DNA of 62,731 nucleotides, filler included, from Stramenopiles sp. TOSAG23-3 (lineage: Eukaryota), in the NCBI GenBank assembly GCA_900128585.1. It is 44 parts of 44 records of this genome, joined end to end, with 100 filler letters (N's around TTAATTAATTAA, not from the genome) between each part and the next. Parts side by side here need not be neighbours in the genome. Positions count along the whole stretch, not along the records: positions 48,635 to 49,956 come from LT646043.1; positions 50,057 to 51,378 come from LT646044.1; positions 51,479 to 52,799 come from LT646045.1; positions 52,900 to 54,220 come from LT646046.1; positions 54,321 to 55,640 come from LT646047.1; positions 55,741 to 57,059 come from LT646048.1; positions 57,160 to 58,478 come from LT646049.1; positions 58,579 to 59,896 come from LT646050.1; 36 more parts are not named here. The stretch is one strand, 5' to 3'. Positions 48,687 through 61,414 of the stretch are shown in pieces. Position 1 is the stretch's first letter. Every line of letters begins with the position of its first letter. Below the pieces are notes generated by a model. The model was not told the DNA's origin. It searched no databases and worked only from the letters and a program-made list of their open reading frames with translations. A program made the translations under genes and the position numbers.

Positions 48687-49498
48687 ATGTGTCCTTCTCT
48701 GCCTGCAAAGCTTCCCAGACGGAAAAGGGAGTCTATTGCCAAAATGGGCGCGGGAAACTTGAACAAAATTGTCATGCAGTTCGCCCACTGTTTTTGGGAT
48801 CCTGATGATGACATGTTTGGGCGTGTAACTGAATGTTTACCAAACGACAGTGGCTCTAAAGGGGAAACGGATCCAGCGAGGGAGGCGAGAGGGTATGCCT
48901 ACATGTTTGCCTCGTTGCCAACAGAGAATGGAAAACACCCGCCAGTTTTAATTTCTTTTATGGCTGGCAAGGCAAGCTACGATGTAGAAAAAGTAGACAG
49001 TGATGCGGACATTGTCTCATCTGTCCTTGGGGTTTTGCGGAAAATGTACGGCAAAGAGAAAGTTCCGATGGGCACGAAGCCTGTACACAGTGTAGTAACA
49101 CGGTGGGGAACGGATCCGTACTCAAAAGGAGCATATTCGTACGTGAGTGTTGGCTGCAGCGGGGACGACTACGATATAATTGCTGACCCGGCCTTCGATG
49201 GAACAGTTTATTTCGCCGGCGAACATACCAATCGTAACCATCCCACAACGTGTGCTGGGGCTATGTTGAGTGTAAGTACTGATCCAACTTTTATAAATGC
49301 TTCGCCATCCCTCTAACATTTTTTTCTTTGAAACGACCTTTTCAGGGACTACAAGCCGCATCATTGATCGCGTCTAAATTTGGGCGATGGAAATATGACG
49401 TTGTTGGTGCTTTACGGGAAGACATGCTTGTGGACGCATTTGACGGTGTGCAGTCCTCCTCGGACGATTCAGAGTCCGAAGTTAGTCTGGACGGTTAA
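48687..49498 (+). CDS. Flavin amine oxidase (LSD1/KDM1-like) C-terminus, spliced, 5' partial
   Basis: GNLNKIVMQF, VTRWGTDPYSKGAYSY and YFAGEHTNRNHPTTCAGAMLS|GLQAA after intron removal; TAA at 49496-49498. Confidence 0.9.
49272..49345 (+). other. 74-nt spliceosomal GT-AG intron
   Basis: GTAAGT donor, CTAAC branch point (49313-49317), T-rich tract and TTTCAG acceptor; removal restores GAMLSGLQAA. Confidence 0.92.
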
Positions 49499-50056
49499 AA
49501 CTTTACTTTGTTAAATCAAATATTGTAAAAACTAAAAACGGTTAAAAGATTTTGTTGTTAAATCATGAATCTCTCTTCCATTTTAAAGCATCGAACAGGG
49601 TCCGTTTTAGTGGATATTTAATTTAATAGGCGACTATAAGTACATTTATTAGTATACTATACTATGATTCTATTATGTTTTCTAGGGACGTCTGCAACGA
49701 GAGCAAGGATGCAAGTGTCTTTGGCGCGGAATTGAAAAATGGTAAACAACTTTGTGCTAACTATTTTAGGCAACGATATCTTTATGAATAAAGGATAATT
49801 TTTATAAATTGAAACAGCCAAAAGTGCTTTCTAATATATAAAAGTACGCCAGAACGGTTCATTTTTGTAACGCTAACAAATGAATAAGTGTTTGTTAGGG
49901 TGGCGTTTGGTCTAAATCGCCCATTTCACAAAAAATTGTCCCTAGGAACCGTAATTNNNNNNNNNNNNNNNNNNNNNNNNNNNNNNNNNNNNNNNNNNNN
50001 TTAATTAATTAANNNNNNNNNNNNNNNNNNNNNNNNNNNNNNNNNNNNNNNNNNNN

Positions 50057-51242
50057 CATCCGTTACTTGCCCGGTGCATGCAGAATGGTGAATTCAAAAG
50101 CAATGACGAAAGGAGAGTACGCGGAACTGTCCGAGTACGAGAAGGAACGGCTTCGAAATATTGAAGCGAACCAGGCGGTCTTAAGAAAGATTGGGCTTAA
50201 AAAAATGGAGAAAAAGCCTGCGCCGCGCAAAGTAACTCCGCGCTCGAATCGAAAACGGAGCCGCCAGGCTGTGGGGAAAAAGCGCCAGCTGGAAAAGTCC
50301 AGTCCGGTCCGACGGTCGACCCGGATTCGGGGAAAGCCTGCGCCGAAGTATGGGGAAGAAAAGGTAGAGGTAGGAGCGTCGAGCAATGCGGGCAACGGCG
50401 TGGAGGCGAGGCGGCAGGCAAAGGCGAAGGCAAAGAAAGACACGACGGAGACCGTTCTTCGCCGTGCAAAGGAGTGGTTGGAGGCTTCACGGAGCCTCTT
50501 GGCCCCGGCCGTCGAGGTGAAGGCGGAGGAGGGCTCGGGCAAAGGAACCGATCCGTACCGCCAAAAGGCATTGGATCGGTGGGGCGAGGGAGTCCTTCTG
50601 TCCAAGACGAACGATTGGGAAACTTACTACTTGAGCCGCCTGTCGTCACCGTCACCACATTCCCCAATGGACTTGCTCCAGGAGCACTACAACGAATGTC
50701 CATGGAAGCTTCTCGTGTCCTGCTGTTTAATGTCTCGTGTGAGTTCTGCGCAAGTGAAGGAAAAGGCACTTTCGTTGTTTTTCAATGGCTTTCCTACCCC
50801 AACGAAAGCCTTGGCCGCGAACCCTGCAGATGTGTTCCCTCTGATTGCCCCGTTGGGTTTGTTTGAGACGAGGTTCAAATCCATCATTGAAATCAGCACG
50901 CGCTTTTTGACCATGTCCCCGATGTTCCAGGTTGGGCTTACGAAAGAATTGAAGATTTACGGCATCGGCGTTTTTGGGTTGGACAGTTTCAATATCTTTT
51001 GCAGAGACTTTGGTGGTGAAATGACACCGAGCGACAGGAACTTGCAAAATTACTGTCGGTGGCGAAAGCAACAGCCTGGCCGGAACAAGCAGCATTCGAA
51101 CAACACACCAGAAAAATCGGCTTCAACTTTGAAATCAGCAAATCACAAAACCAAGGCAAGCAAAGTGCCGGCAGGTGTGAAGCCAGAAGAAGAAACAAAT
51201 CAAGGGTCGATCAAATTCAAATCGATCAAATCGGAAGTCTAA
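50057..51242 (+). CDS. MBD4-like HhH-GPD DNA glycosylase
   Basis: LLQEHYNECPWKLLVSCCLMSR, IAPLGL and IYGIGVFGLDSFNIFC; N-terminal LSEYEKERLRNIEANQAVLRKIGL motif. Confidence 0.82.
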
Positions 51243-51478
51243 ACCAACAGTCAGATGTAACAAGTGAAACAAACCAGAGAAAAATCAACATCAACATCAG
51301 CTCAGGCACATCGAGATCAAGATCGAAATCACGATCAGCGAAAGGAACAAGAACGAGAACAAGAACAACACAAACACANNNNNNNNNNNNNNNNNNNNNN
51401 NNNNNNNNNNNNNNNNNNNNNNTTAATTAATTAANNNNNNNNNNNNNNNNNNNNNNNNNNNNNNNNNNNNNNNNNNNN

Positions 51479-52799
51479 AACCCGTCACCTTGGAGCGCAT
51501 TTTTATCAACCCCACCAGCCCCATTTCTTCCCCCAGCAAACGACGGCGTTTCTTTTTCGGTAATCGTTGCGGGGCACCTGCCACTGCGAGACCTACGCCT
51601 GGCGCAGCATCTGCCGCCGCGGCCCCAGCCGTCGCCGCCGCCGCCCCGGCCCCAACCCCGGCCGGTCCGCTTGGGTGGCTCCGAGGGATGCCCTGATTCG
51701 GCTGCGCGACGGCCTTCTTCAACAGTGGCAACTCCCGGTACTGCGCATGGAACTCTTCCATAAGGTGCGTATACGGGTAAAATAATTCGCAGATGAGAAG
51801 TTCCGCGTTTTGCGGGTCTGCAAAGATCCTGGGTCCACACAGGTTTGTGTCCTTGAAAATTGATGCAAGGCGTGGTTTAAACCATTTGCCCCCCTCCACA
51901 AAGCGCAAAACCTTCTCCATCCCGATGTGCAGGTAACCTTTGTACTTCAAAAGGTCCACCAATTCTGTGATCAAATTGTTTTTTGTAACATTCCCACCCT
52001 GTGCCATTGCAAAGGGAACAATCTCGTGTCGTTTCACGTTCCCCGACGGATCTTCGCAGCTCTTAAGGTTCTCAAAATTGTCCTTTTTGCAACAAATGTT
52101 GGGCCAAAATTCGCGGGCAGTGGCACTGATGCCATTGCGTTTCAACGTTTCTTCAAAATTCCTCCGGAAATTGCAGAACGTGACAATGGCAACGTCGCGG
52201 TTAATGTTAGGGCATGTTCTCTCGTCAATTTCCTCAAGTAAGCTGAGCTTGAAGCCGGTGCGAAGTGCCACCACCCCCTTTTTTTCATTTGCGCAGTGTT
52301 GTGATATATCGTAGGGGGAGTTTTTCATGGCACGCTTTGCCTCTTGGATCTTTTCGTACGCCGAGCGAACGTCCCGTGTCGCCCAATCCAACGTTAGCTT
52401 TTGGGCCATCCCTTTGGACTTTTCCTTGATTTCGTCCGCTCGGGCGCCTGACTGGGCGACCACATTTATAATCTTTCCTTGTGTGCTGTGGACGGACCTC
52501 AAAGCGTCACTTAATTTGTGGGCTTTTGTACTTAAAACATTTGTTTCTTTGGTGGCAGCATGTGCAGCCAGCCGCGCAGTCTCGGACGTCTTCCTAGCGT
52601 CTGCTGCGGCAGAGTTAGCAACCGAGGATGATTGCAACGCGCTCATGGCCTTTTTTTGTGCCCCCCCCGCGGCTTTTTCTGCAGACCGGGCCCTGCTGGC
52701 TGCAGCCACCGCCTTTGAGTCCGCTGCATTGGCAGCGGACTGGGCCGACCTGGCGCTGCTGGATGCTGCGGACGCTTTGGAGATTGCGGCTGCTGCGTT
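51479..52799 (-). CDS. Hypothetical protein: Ala-rich coiled coil, Cys-containing domain and RRRLL motif, internal fragment
   Basis: Open frame across the contig. Confidence 0.6.
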
Positions 52800-52899
52800 N
52801 NNNNNNNNNNNNNNNNNNNNNNNNNNNNNNNNNNNNNNNNNNNTTAATTAATTAANNNNNNNNNNNNNNNNNNNNNNNNNNNNNNNNNNNNNNNNNNNN

Positions 52900-54220
52900 T
52901 GCCAGAACTTTAGCGTGCAAAATTCTCTGGTCGAACCCCACCAAGATATCCCCAGGGATAATCGGTTCTGTCAATTCCTTTATTTTCGCCAAAGCTACTG
53001 TACGCACGTGCGACATGAACCGATGGCTGTCGCAATTCAATAAAAAGTACAAAAAGAAGCGTTGGGACGGGGTGAACATCTCCTCGGCAACCATAGAATC
53101 CTTCTGGTTATCGTTTGAAACATACCCATAGCTGAAAGCGTGGCGAGCGCCAGGGCCAACCTGGTTCCCGTGATGATTTCGATTATTGTTGCCGCGTTTA
53201 TGCGCACGTGAATTCGAATGTTTTGAGGGATTTCCGCTTGGTTTTCGATACGATCCGGAGCCCTTTGTACTACTTACTCCAGAAGTGTAACGTGTTACCC
53301 TGCCTTTCATTCGGTTTTCAAAAAAGGCCATTTTTGACTTTGATGTTTTGTAATTCTTTTTCTCTAGCGTCTTAAAATCTTCGTTGCGCTGGTCAGAACT
53401 TTCCATCTCGCACAACTGTTTCAAAAATTCCAAAGCCAACCAAGGATAGTTGCATGGCATAGTGTTTTGCAAACAATCCCTGCATTTTGCCGAAAATGAT
53501 ATTTTCCAGCCCATTTCAGTTTTACTGTCTTTTGAAAACCCTTGGGTATGGTTTTGGTATTTGCGGAGAAGCGAGCAAAACGTGTCCAACGATTTCTTTC
53601 GGTTGTTAAATACTGTTTTCCCGTGCTTTCCATAATCGTTTGCTTTATACCTTTGCGGGTTGGCATTCCAAATTTTGTCATGAATCGTTCGGTTGCTAGC
53701 GGAGGTCAACTGGACCAGGCTGTCCGGTTTTTGCCTTCCCACTTCCTCTAATTTGTCTTTGATGTCGTCGCGAAACATACTAACCATCATTATCACGGTA
53801 GAGTTTCCCCCTATATTCTTTAGAGCCACAGTCCCGAGGTTTAAAGTGATTGCCTTAAGGGCCCAGAGACTAACACCAGAGAAATACCTACACTCCTTTG
53901 GAGAATTCAAATACCGAGTCGCATCAAACACGGAGGAGTCGTGTTTACTGGGGCTGGACGTTACACCGCGATCTGCCACGGTCAATAAACGAACCAAAAA
54001 ATGAAGCTCTGCGGCCAGGTCCGAGACATACCCCGCCAAGACACCAGCAGCACATAACATTGCCAAACGGAACACGGCCGGATTATAAACGTGTCTATTT
54101 CGGGATTTGGTAACACTGCTGCTAATGTTGGGCACCGGGGACAGTAAACCCCGTTCTGGGGAAGGGGAAAGAAAATCTCTCGGCGGGGTAAAGGAATCAC
54201 CTGTTCCACCACTGCTTGGG
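52900..54220 (-). CDS. Codanin-1-like protein, internal fragment
   Basis: ELHFLVRLLT, C.YF..V.L, VFNNRKKSLDTFCSLLR, EFLKQL, FFLYFLLNCDSHRFMSH...KIKEL and AKVLA appear in the order remembered for codanin-1 conserved blocks. Confidence 0.6.
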
Positions 54221-54320
54221 NNNNNNNNNNNNNNNNNNNNNNNNNNNNNNNNNNNNNNNNNNNNTTAATTAATTAANNNNNNNNNNNNNNNNNNNNNNNN
54301 NNNNNNNNNNNNNNNNNNNN

Positions 54321-55228
54321 ACTTTGGAGAGTACATTCCCTTTGACGCGGTGATGTTCTCCGGGGAGCCGGCAGAGGTAGTGCACAACAAGTTTCCCGAG
54401 ATGTGGGCGAAGTGTGCCAGAGACGCCATCAAAGATGCTGGGCGAGAGGGGGACATTACGTTCTGGAGCCGCTCTGCCTCCGCCATGTCCCCCGCGCACA
54501 GCACGTTGTTTTGGGCCGGCGACCAGCTCACCTCCTGGGACCAGAAGGATGGCATGCTGAGCGCATTCCAAGCCATTCTCTCGGGGGGGCTGTCGGGTAT
54601 GTCCTTGGCGCACTCCGATACTGGCGGCTACACGGAAGTGAATGTTGGCAACATTAAGCGGCTGCGAACGGACGCGTTGTTGCAGCGGTGGACCGAGATG
54701 GAAACTTTCACAGGGGCTATGTTACGAACCCACCCCGGGTTGCTCCCTGATAAGAGTGCACAAGTCAATTCGTCCGCTGTGGTCCTGCAACACTTTGCTT
54801 TCTTCTCGAAGATCCATGCCCTGATGGCTCCGTACCGCACGCTTTTGATGAAAGAGGCGCAAGAGCAAGGGTTCCCTCTTGCACGGTACATGTTTCTGGA
54901 GTACCCCGGTATTGAATCCATCTGGGATATTAGTGACCAGTTTATGTTTGGGAGCGAATTCTTAGTCTCCCCAATTTTTGATAAGACGGATACGTTCAAA
55001 TTAGTCCGCTTCCCCCCTGGGAACTGGACGCATGCCTGGACTGGGACGGTCTACCCATCCCAGTACCCGACCCCGACCCGGGTCAAAGCACCAATTGGGC
55101 AACCGCCCGTGTTTTTGCGAGATGCCCAAGACGAAGAAGAGCGAACCCCTATCAGCCAAGTTGCCCAGAGCGTTCAGCAAGCAATGATGGCGCTGTTTAA
55201 GGAGAGCCCCCCGGTGAATGGCAGGTGA
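54321..55228 (+). CDS. GH31 glycoside hydrolase, YihQ/sulfoquinovosidase-like, 5' partial
   Basis: (D)FGEYIP nucleophile motif at the contig start, WAGDQ acid/base motif, HSDTGGYT and MLRTHPG. Confidence 0.85.
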
Positions 55229-55266
55229 AGGTAATGGATACGAAGAGATGGTCTTCTATCTGAAAT

Positions 55267-55640
55267 TTAATTTATTTCTGCTCCTGTATATACCATTACT
55301 GCGCCGCCAAACCCTGCCTTGTTCTGCAGAAACCTAGAGTCTTCTATCTTGACAACAGTCCCTGGATGGCTACAACGGATTGCACCCCCAATGGATTCTG
55401 TACTTGAAGATTTGGCTAGATTTTGACTAAAAGTACAATTTTTTGCCCATAGAAACCCCTTTCCTCTTAATTTTATCGCACCACCGTAGCTCCAGTTGGT
55501 ATCTCTCACTCCTCCCGTCAACTCCAAACTCTCTAGCACCAAATCGACCTGGTAAATCTCAAAAAACCTGTTCGACCCCCCTCCATGCACTTTGGGCAAT
55601 TTTCCATCCGCGCTGGGAATCCCAACGACTTCTAAAAAAT
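55267..55640 (-). CDS. Pmp-like beta-helix repeat protein fragment
   Basis: NRFFEI, LELTGG, GGAI/GGAV with FSQN/FLQN. Confidence 0.7.
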
Positions 55641-55740
55641 NNNNNNNNNNNNNNNNNNNNNNNNNNNNNNNNNNNNNNNNNNNNTTAATTAATTAANNNN
55701 NNNNNNNNNNNNNNNNNNNNNNNNNNNNNNNNNNNNNNNN

Positions 55741-57059
55741 CATAGTCTCTCTCCATTCCTTTCCTTCCCATCATTTCCATTTCTCCTTTTGTTCGTCTAT
55801 TCATATATTGCTTCTTCTTTTTTCTTCTTCTTTCGTTCTTCTTTCTTCTTCTTCTTCTTCTTCGCGCGCCGCGCCGCGGGGGTGGTGGTGATAATCCATC
55901 TGAAATTAAGGCAATATATACATAATTATTATAAATGCTGTGTTTATATAAAATAGGAATATTTTATCACTTTTTTAGTTCTATTTAGTTATAATTAATA
56001 TTAAGAAATGATTTCATCTAAATCTGTACATTTAGAAATGGATTATCATTACAAAGGGTCTCTTATCATTATTCTTATAAAACATATATCCTTAATGTTT
56101 AGATGACTTCTTTTGATTCTTAACTCAACCCTCCTCCTCCTGTTGTTCTTCTTCTGTTGTTTTCTTCTTCTCTTTGATTTAAGTATAAATAAATTATACT
56201 TTTTTAGATTTCGTCGTTCTATTACAGTATTTATTATTATTAATTATAAAATAATTGTAAAATAAAATACCAATTTAAAACGTATGTGAGCCACAATTCA
56301 CAACATTCCATTTTAAATAGTTTTAAATAAAAAATAATAAATAAAAAAAAAGGAATTTATTATATTAGTTTTCGATTTCGATTTCGATTTAGACTATAGA
56401 AACGAGGTTTAGAATAATATAGGAGCCACTAGTATAATTACAGCATGATTTTTAATGCTGTGTCTATTCATATAATCACACACAAGAAAACAATTATTAT
56501 TGATAGGTTTATGTACTTAATATATTACAATATTCTGGCGATGGGAGTGTAGAGTTCTGCTGTGGCATACCGAGTGGCTCCAACATTTGTCTTTGTGTTT
56601 CTTTCTTTGTTTCTTTCTTTGTTTCCTTCTTTCTTTCTTTCTTTCTTTGTTGTTTCTTTGTTTCTTTGTTTCTTTGTTTCTTTGTTTCTTTGTTTCTTTG
56701 TTTCTTCTTTGTTTCTTTGTTTCTTTGTTAATATTAAAAAATAAGATGATAGGAGTGTAGTAGTTATAATAATAGTCCAATATTGAGAGAAGAAGACCCG
56801 GAGGAGAGAAGAAGAAAGAAGAAGAGAGAAAAGAGAAGAGAAGAAGAAGAGAAGAGAAGAGAGAAAAGAGAAGAGAGGAAAGAGAAGAGAAGAAGAGAAG
56901 AAGAGAAGAAGAGAGAAGACCACCCGGAGAGAAGAAGAAAGAAGAAGAAGAAGAAGAAAGAAGAAGAAAGAAGAAGAAAGAAGAAGAAGCAATATATGAA
57001 TAGACGAACAAAAGGAGAAATGGAAATGATGGGAAGGAAAGGAATGGAGAGAGACTATG
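55741..57059. repeat. Contig bounded by inverted repeats (79 bp perfect, about 120 bp imperfect)
   Basis: 55741-55819 is the exact reverse complement of 56981-57059. Confidence 0.9.
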
Positions 57060-57159
57060 NNNNNNNNNNNNNNNNNNNNNNNNNNNNNNNNNNNNNNNNN
57101 NNNTTAATTAATTAANNNNNNNNNNNNNNNNNNNNNNNNNNNNNNNNNNNNNNNNNNNN

Positions 57160-58478
57160 GCCCTTACCATGACGCGAACGCCCCACTTGGCATCTTGTAT
57201 TTTCCCGCCATGGTGCAATTTCCAACGGATGCTGTCGGTTTCAATGTGCACCACATGGCCGGGTTTAGCATCAATGTTGCCGTATTTGCCCCATTTTTTG
57301 TCGGCCAAGTTTCGGTATTGGATCTCAAAAGAGCCATTTCTTGCTATTTTAAACCGTCCATCAAACACCAGCTCCAATCTCAGAGCCCCTGGAAGCTTCA
57401 CTTCCCCAGACGATGTGCCACAGTTGTGCGGGTGTGCCGTTTCAAAAACTTCGGAATGTTTGTTGTGCAAAAAAACCTCGGACAACAATGCGTTGCTGAA
57501 TTTTTTCTTCTCGTCAAACGACTCCATCATATCAAGCAGTTCCAACATTAAATTTGGGGCATCTTCTTTGCAAAGATCTACTTCTACCACAGGATCGATG
57601 CCATTAATGTTAAACGGGACGTCACCTGTAGGCGCATCTTCCTCCGATTCCGCGAACAGGTCGTCCAAAGACGTCGGCAGTTTTTTTTGTTTGGGTTCGT
57701 CGTTTTTATTATGCCCGTCGCGGCTTTCATTGTTTTGAGCGTAACGCTTAGCAACTTTTCTCCTGGTCGCTTCCAGCTCCACCAATGCCTGCAATGCACT
57801 AGATGGCATATGTGCAGGGTCTTCGTAGTTAGCTTTGCAGCGTTCGGTAACAATCGTCCCAACCCCAGCCAGGGCATCTAAATTCGGTCGCGCGTCCGCT
57901 GGAAACAGAAACGGCGACTGTAATAATTGAAGCAGTAGCGACACGACTCTTCCTTTGTACGGCGCGCCGGGAAAGCATAAATAGCGCACAAGTGCGTCAA
58001 AGACTTGTGGCTTGTGAATAGCCGCGCTAATCCCTAGCTCTGACCCTTCGTTCAGAAGAAAATCCAGAACATAGCATGCCCATTCCAACGATGCTTCAGT
58101 AAACAGCTCTTTCTCGTTGACCCATTGAAGCCCATTTATAGGAGCAACATCAAACTTATATCCCCAGTCATGGGCTTCATTGTCGCGTGAGATGAACTTA
58201 AAATAGACTTTCCCTGCTTCTACAATAAAAGGCCGCCAACCATTGCTTCCTGAAAATTGGGCAATCTGGTGATAACAATGTTCGTCCGAATAGAACACCA
58301 ATGCCGCTCGATTCCCGTCTTGCGTTGCGCATCGTGGGTCAAACGTTACGCGAAGCGCCCGTGCGCCCGGAAAACCAGCTGACCCTCCATACTGAGACCG
58401 GCGGTAGTAAGGATGGAGAGATTCAAACGATTTGGTATCTTTCTTCCCCTGGCGAGTGGATTGGATCAAGTGTGTGAT
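57160..58478 (-). CDS. Fragment of a giant E3-ligase-like protein with two CUB-like modules (HECTD4/MYCBP2/ZZEF1 type)
   Basis: FESLHPY...FPGARALRVTFDPRCAT...WGYKF and FETAHPH...LPGALRLELVFD...WGVR. Confidence 0.55.
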
Positions 58479-58578
58479 NNNNNNNNNNNNNNNNNNNNNN
58501 NNNNNNNNNNNNNNNNNNNNNNTTAATTAATTAANNNNNNNNNNNNNNNNNNNNNNNNNNNNNNNNNNNNNNNNNNNN

Positions 58579-59222
58579 ATCGTGAATGCAAACATACTTT
58601 GATCATCCCCAGGACCAATTTTTGACGGGAAAAATGTTCTTCCTAAAGGTCGAACATAATCGTTCACTGCACCAGTGACAAACTCGTGCAACAACGGGAC
58701 TGCCCCATCTACTTCGATGTCCACTATTACACCAAAACGATTCATTCCGTTCGGCCGTCTTGACGGAATGCCAGAAGTTCTTGCACGCCTCAACTCTTCG
58801 CGCAACATCTTGATCACGGGCTCTTTTATGAAATTCTCAATTGACCATACTCCTGGGACAACTTGTTTCCAGAGGGATTGAAGTCTTCTTTCATTGGCTT
58901 TGCTGGGATCACGTTTTAGCCTTTGCACACTTCTGTGCAAGGGCGGAGAAACAAAACTCACCGCATTGAATTTACCCAGTTCAGTGTGCAGCAGACCTAT
59001 CTCGTTCCATGCTTTCTTCAAGATATAATTATGGGTTCTCCAAAAATCGCTGTGCTCAAATTCTGCTCCAAGGGTTCCTGTGGGCGATGGCGGTTTCAGC
59101 CTCCTGGCCTGCTCAAGGAAAGATAACCGCAAGTGCTCACTTAAAACCAGTGCTGGAAAAAATAGGACAAGTACAACTGCCTTCCGTGCGAAGGCAAGCG
59201 CAGAGGACATTCCATCCTCCAT
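58579..59222 (-). CDS. 2OG-Fe(II) oxygenase (OGFOD2-like), 3' partial
   Basis: PGVWS, LREEL, RRPNGMNRFGVIVD and VRPLGRTFFP; N-terminal signal-like segment. Confidence 0.75.
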
Positions 59223-59996
59223 ACAACAGAAACGGGGGAAAGAAGTCCTAGCCTATAATATATAAGAACCCTGAATCGTTTCGTCTTAAACGTATCTTTG
59301 TTGACAATGATATTTTTCTGTTTTCGTACACATTTTATTCCCTTTCATAAAAATTTATTGTTTTTAGCATAAGAACAAAAAAATCATCTAGTGGATTATT
59401 TAGAGATTTTTTAGCAAAATATATTATAATAAATTAATAATTATAATAATAAAAAAGCTATACTCGCCGCAGCAGAGAGAAGAGAAGAAGAGAAGAAGAG
59501 AAGAAGAGAAGAAGAAGAGAAGAAAAGAAGAAGAGAAGAAGAGAAGAAGAAAAGAGAAGAAGAAAAGAGAAGAGAGAAGAAGAAAAAAAGAAGAAAAGAG
59601 AAGAGAGAAGAAGAAAAAAAAGAAGAAGAGAGAGAGAAAAAAAAGAAGAAAAAGAAGAGATATTTAGACTATATTACCGGGTACGTACTGTATACGGTAT
59701 AGGTATTACCAGGTATACTTTTTTAATAGATATGATAAACCTCATAGTTCAATTTACGAAGGATTTATACTACCTTGGTATTTGTTTGTATGTAAGTACT
59801 TTGTACATTTTTAGATTTTCATGAAAGACAGTTGTTGATCCCTTTCAGATCCTTTACTTTTGTGGCCACAGTCCCTTTACATGCCATTTGTGGATGNNNN
59901 NNNNNNNNNNNNNNNNNNNNNNNNNNNNNNNNNNNNNNNNTTAATTAATTAANNNNNNNNNNNNNNNNNNNNNNNNNNNNNNNNNNNNNNNNNNNN

Positions 59997-60083
59997 GAAG
60001 TACCCGGACAACCGGTCGTCTATTAGCGCGTGGTCACACATGATGAAATCGACCAAATTCTTTTGCGCCGCATAGGTGGCCAT
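59997..60083 (-). CDS. N-terminal fragment of an unknown protein
   Basis: MATYAAQKNLVDFIMCDHALIDDRLSGYF runs off the contig end; GC-rich relative to the flank. Confidence 0.35.
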
Positions 60084-61414
60084 TGTGGGGAGAAAAACAG
60101 AACACGAAAAGCAACAACAGCAAAAGAAGGCGGCGGTGGTTTATGGGAGAAAGGCACCCATAGACTAGATTACAAAACGTACCAAACAACGCAAACCCCC
60201 TGCGCAGTATTTCTTTCGTTGGTGTCGTCTGTTCTACAAATGGTATGTTCTTGTTTAGATAGAATATAGCAATACATATACTACGACGTGTATCATTTCT
60301 TTCATCTCCAAATAAACCAAAGTGAGGAATCTACCCAATCGATCAAAGTAACTATCTTTCTATCCATCTCTACCCATTCTTCTAAATCCTTCCCTCCTAT
60401 CCATTCTTCATTATTCATTCCCAATAATATAAAAATATATGATCGATGATGATGTTATTATTATTATTATTATTAGTCTCTTCTTCTTCTTCTTATTAAT
60501 AATAATAATATTATTATTAAAAAATATTTGATTTTGTTGTTGTGTTGTTGTTGTTTTTGTTGTTGTTTTTGTTGTGGTGATTTTTTTGATTTAAAATAAT
60601 AATAAAAAATAATATTATTATTATTGCTACAACAATATATAATAATACTTGTATGTATCTTTTATTCTTCTTTCTTTCTTCTTGCTTTTTTTTCTTTTTT
60701 TTCTTCTTTCTTCTTCTTCTTCTTCTTCTTCTTCTTCTTTCTTCTTCTTTCTTCTTTTTCTTCTTTCTTTAATTATAATAAAATAGAGTAAAATGGAGTT
60801 AAGTGTATATTATTTCATTATTTCATAAAATCCAACACAGACGGACGAGTACATTTAGATAGGCGGCTATTATGTATTAATAATTGGTTTAAGTATAATA
60901 TATACACTTTGTGGTTTGTGTTTTTTGTGGTTCTTTCTTTCTTTCTTTCTTTCTTTCTTCTTCGTTCATTATTATTATTAATATCTTCTTCTTTCTTTTT
61001 CTTTCTCTTCTTCTTCTTCTTCTTCTACCAAGAATAATAATAATAATAATAATAATAAATAATAATAATAATAATAATAAGATAGAAGAAGAAGAAGGGG
61101 TATAATCATCTAATAATAAAAGAGTATAAAATAATAATAATAATAAATAATAATAATATTTTATTATTAGTCTATTATTATACTATTCCACTGTGGTGAG
61201 ACGATGGGGGGTGGGGGGAGGATGATTTTATTTTTTAATAAAAAAATAAAAAAAGAACTTTCTTCTTCTTCTTCTTGTTCTTCTTCTTCTTCTTCTTCTT
61301 CTTTTATTAATTCTNNNNNNNNNNNNNNNNNNNNNNNNNNNNNNNNNNNNNNNNNNNNTTAATTAATTAANNNNNNNNNNNNNNNNNNNNNNNNNNNNNN
61401 NNNNNNNNNNNNNN

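Noticed and set aside
49682..49945. CTAGGGAC...GTCCCTAG as MITE terminal inverted repeats
   Set aside because: Only 8 bp of inverted match, no independent target-site duplication and no second copy in the window.
1339..61414. Regularly spaced TTAATTAATTAA motif as a biological repeat or array
   Set aside because: It is embedded in N-runs of fixed length and is an artificial six-frame-stop linker. ORFs ending in X...LIN are artefacts of it.
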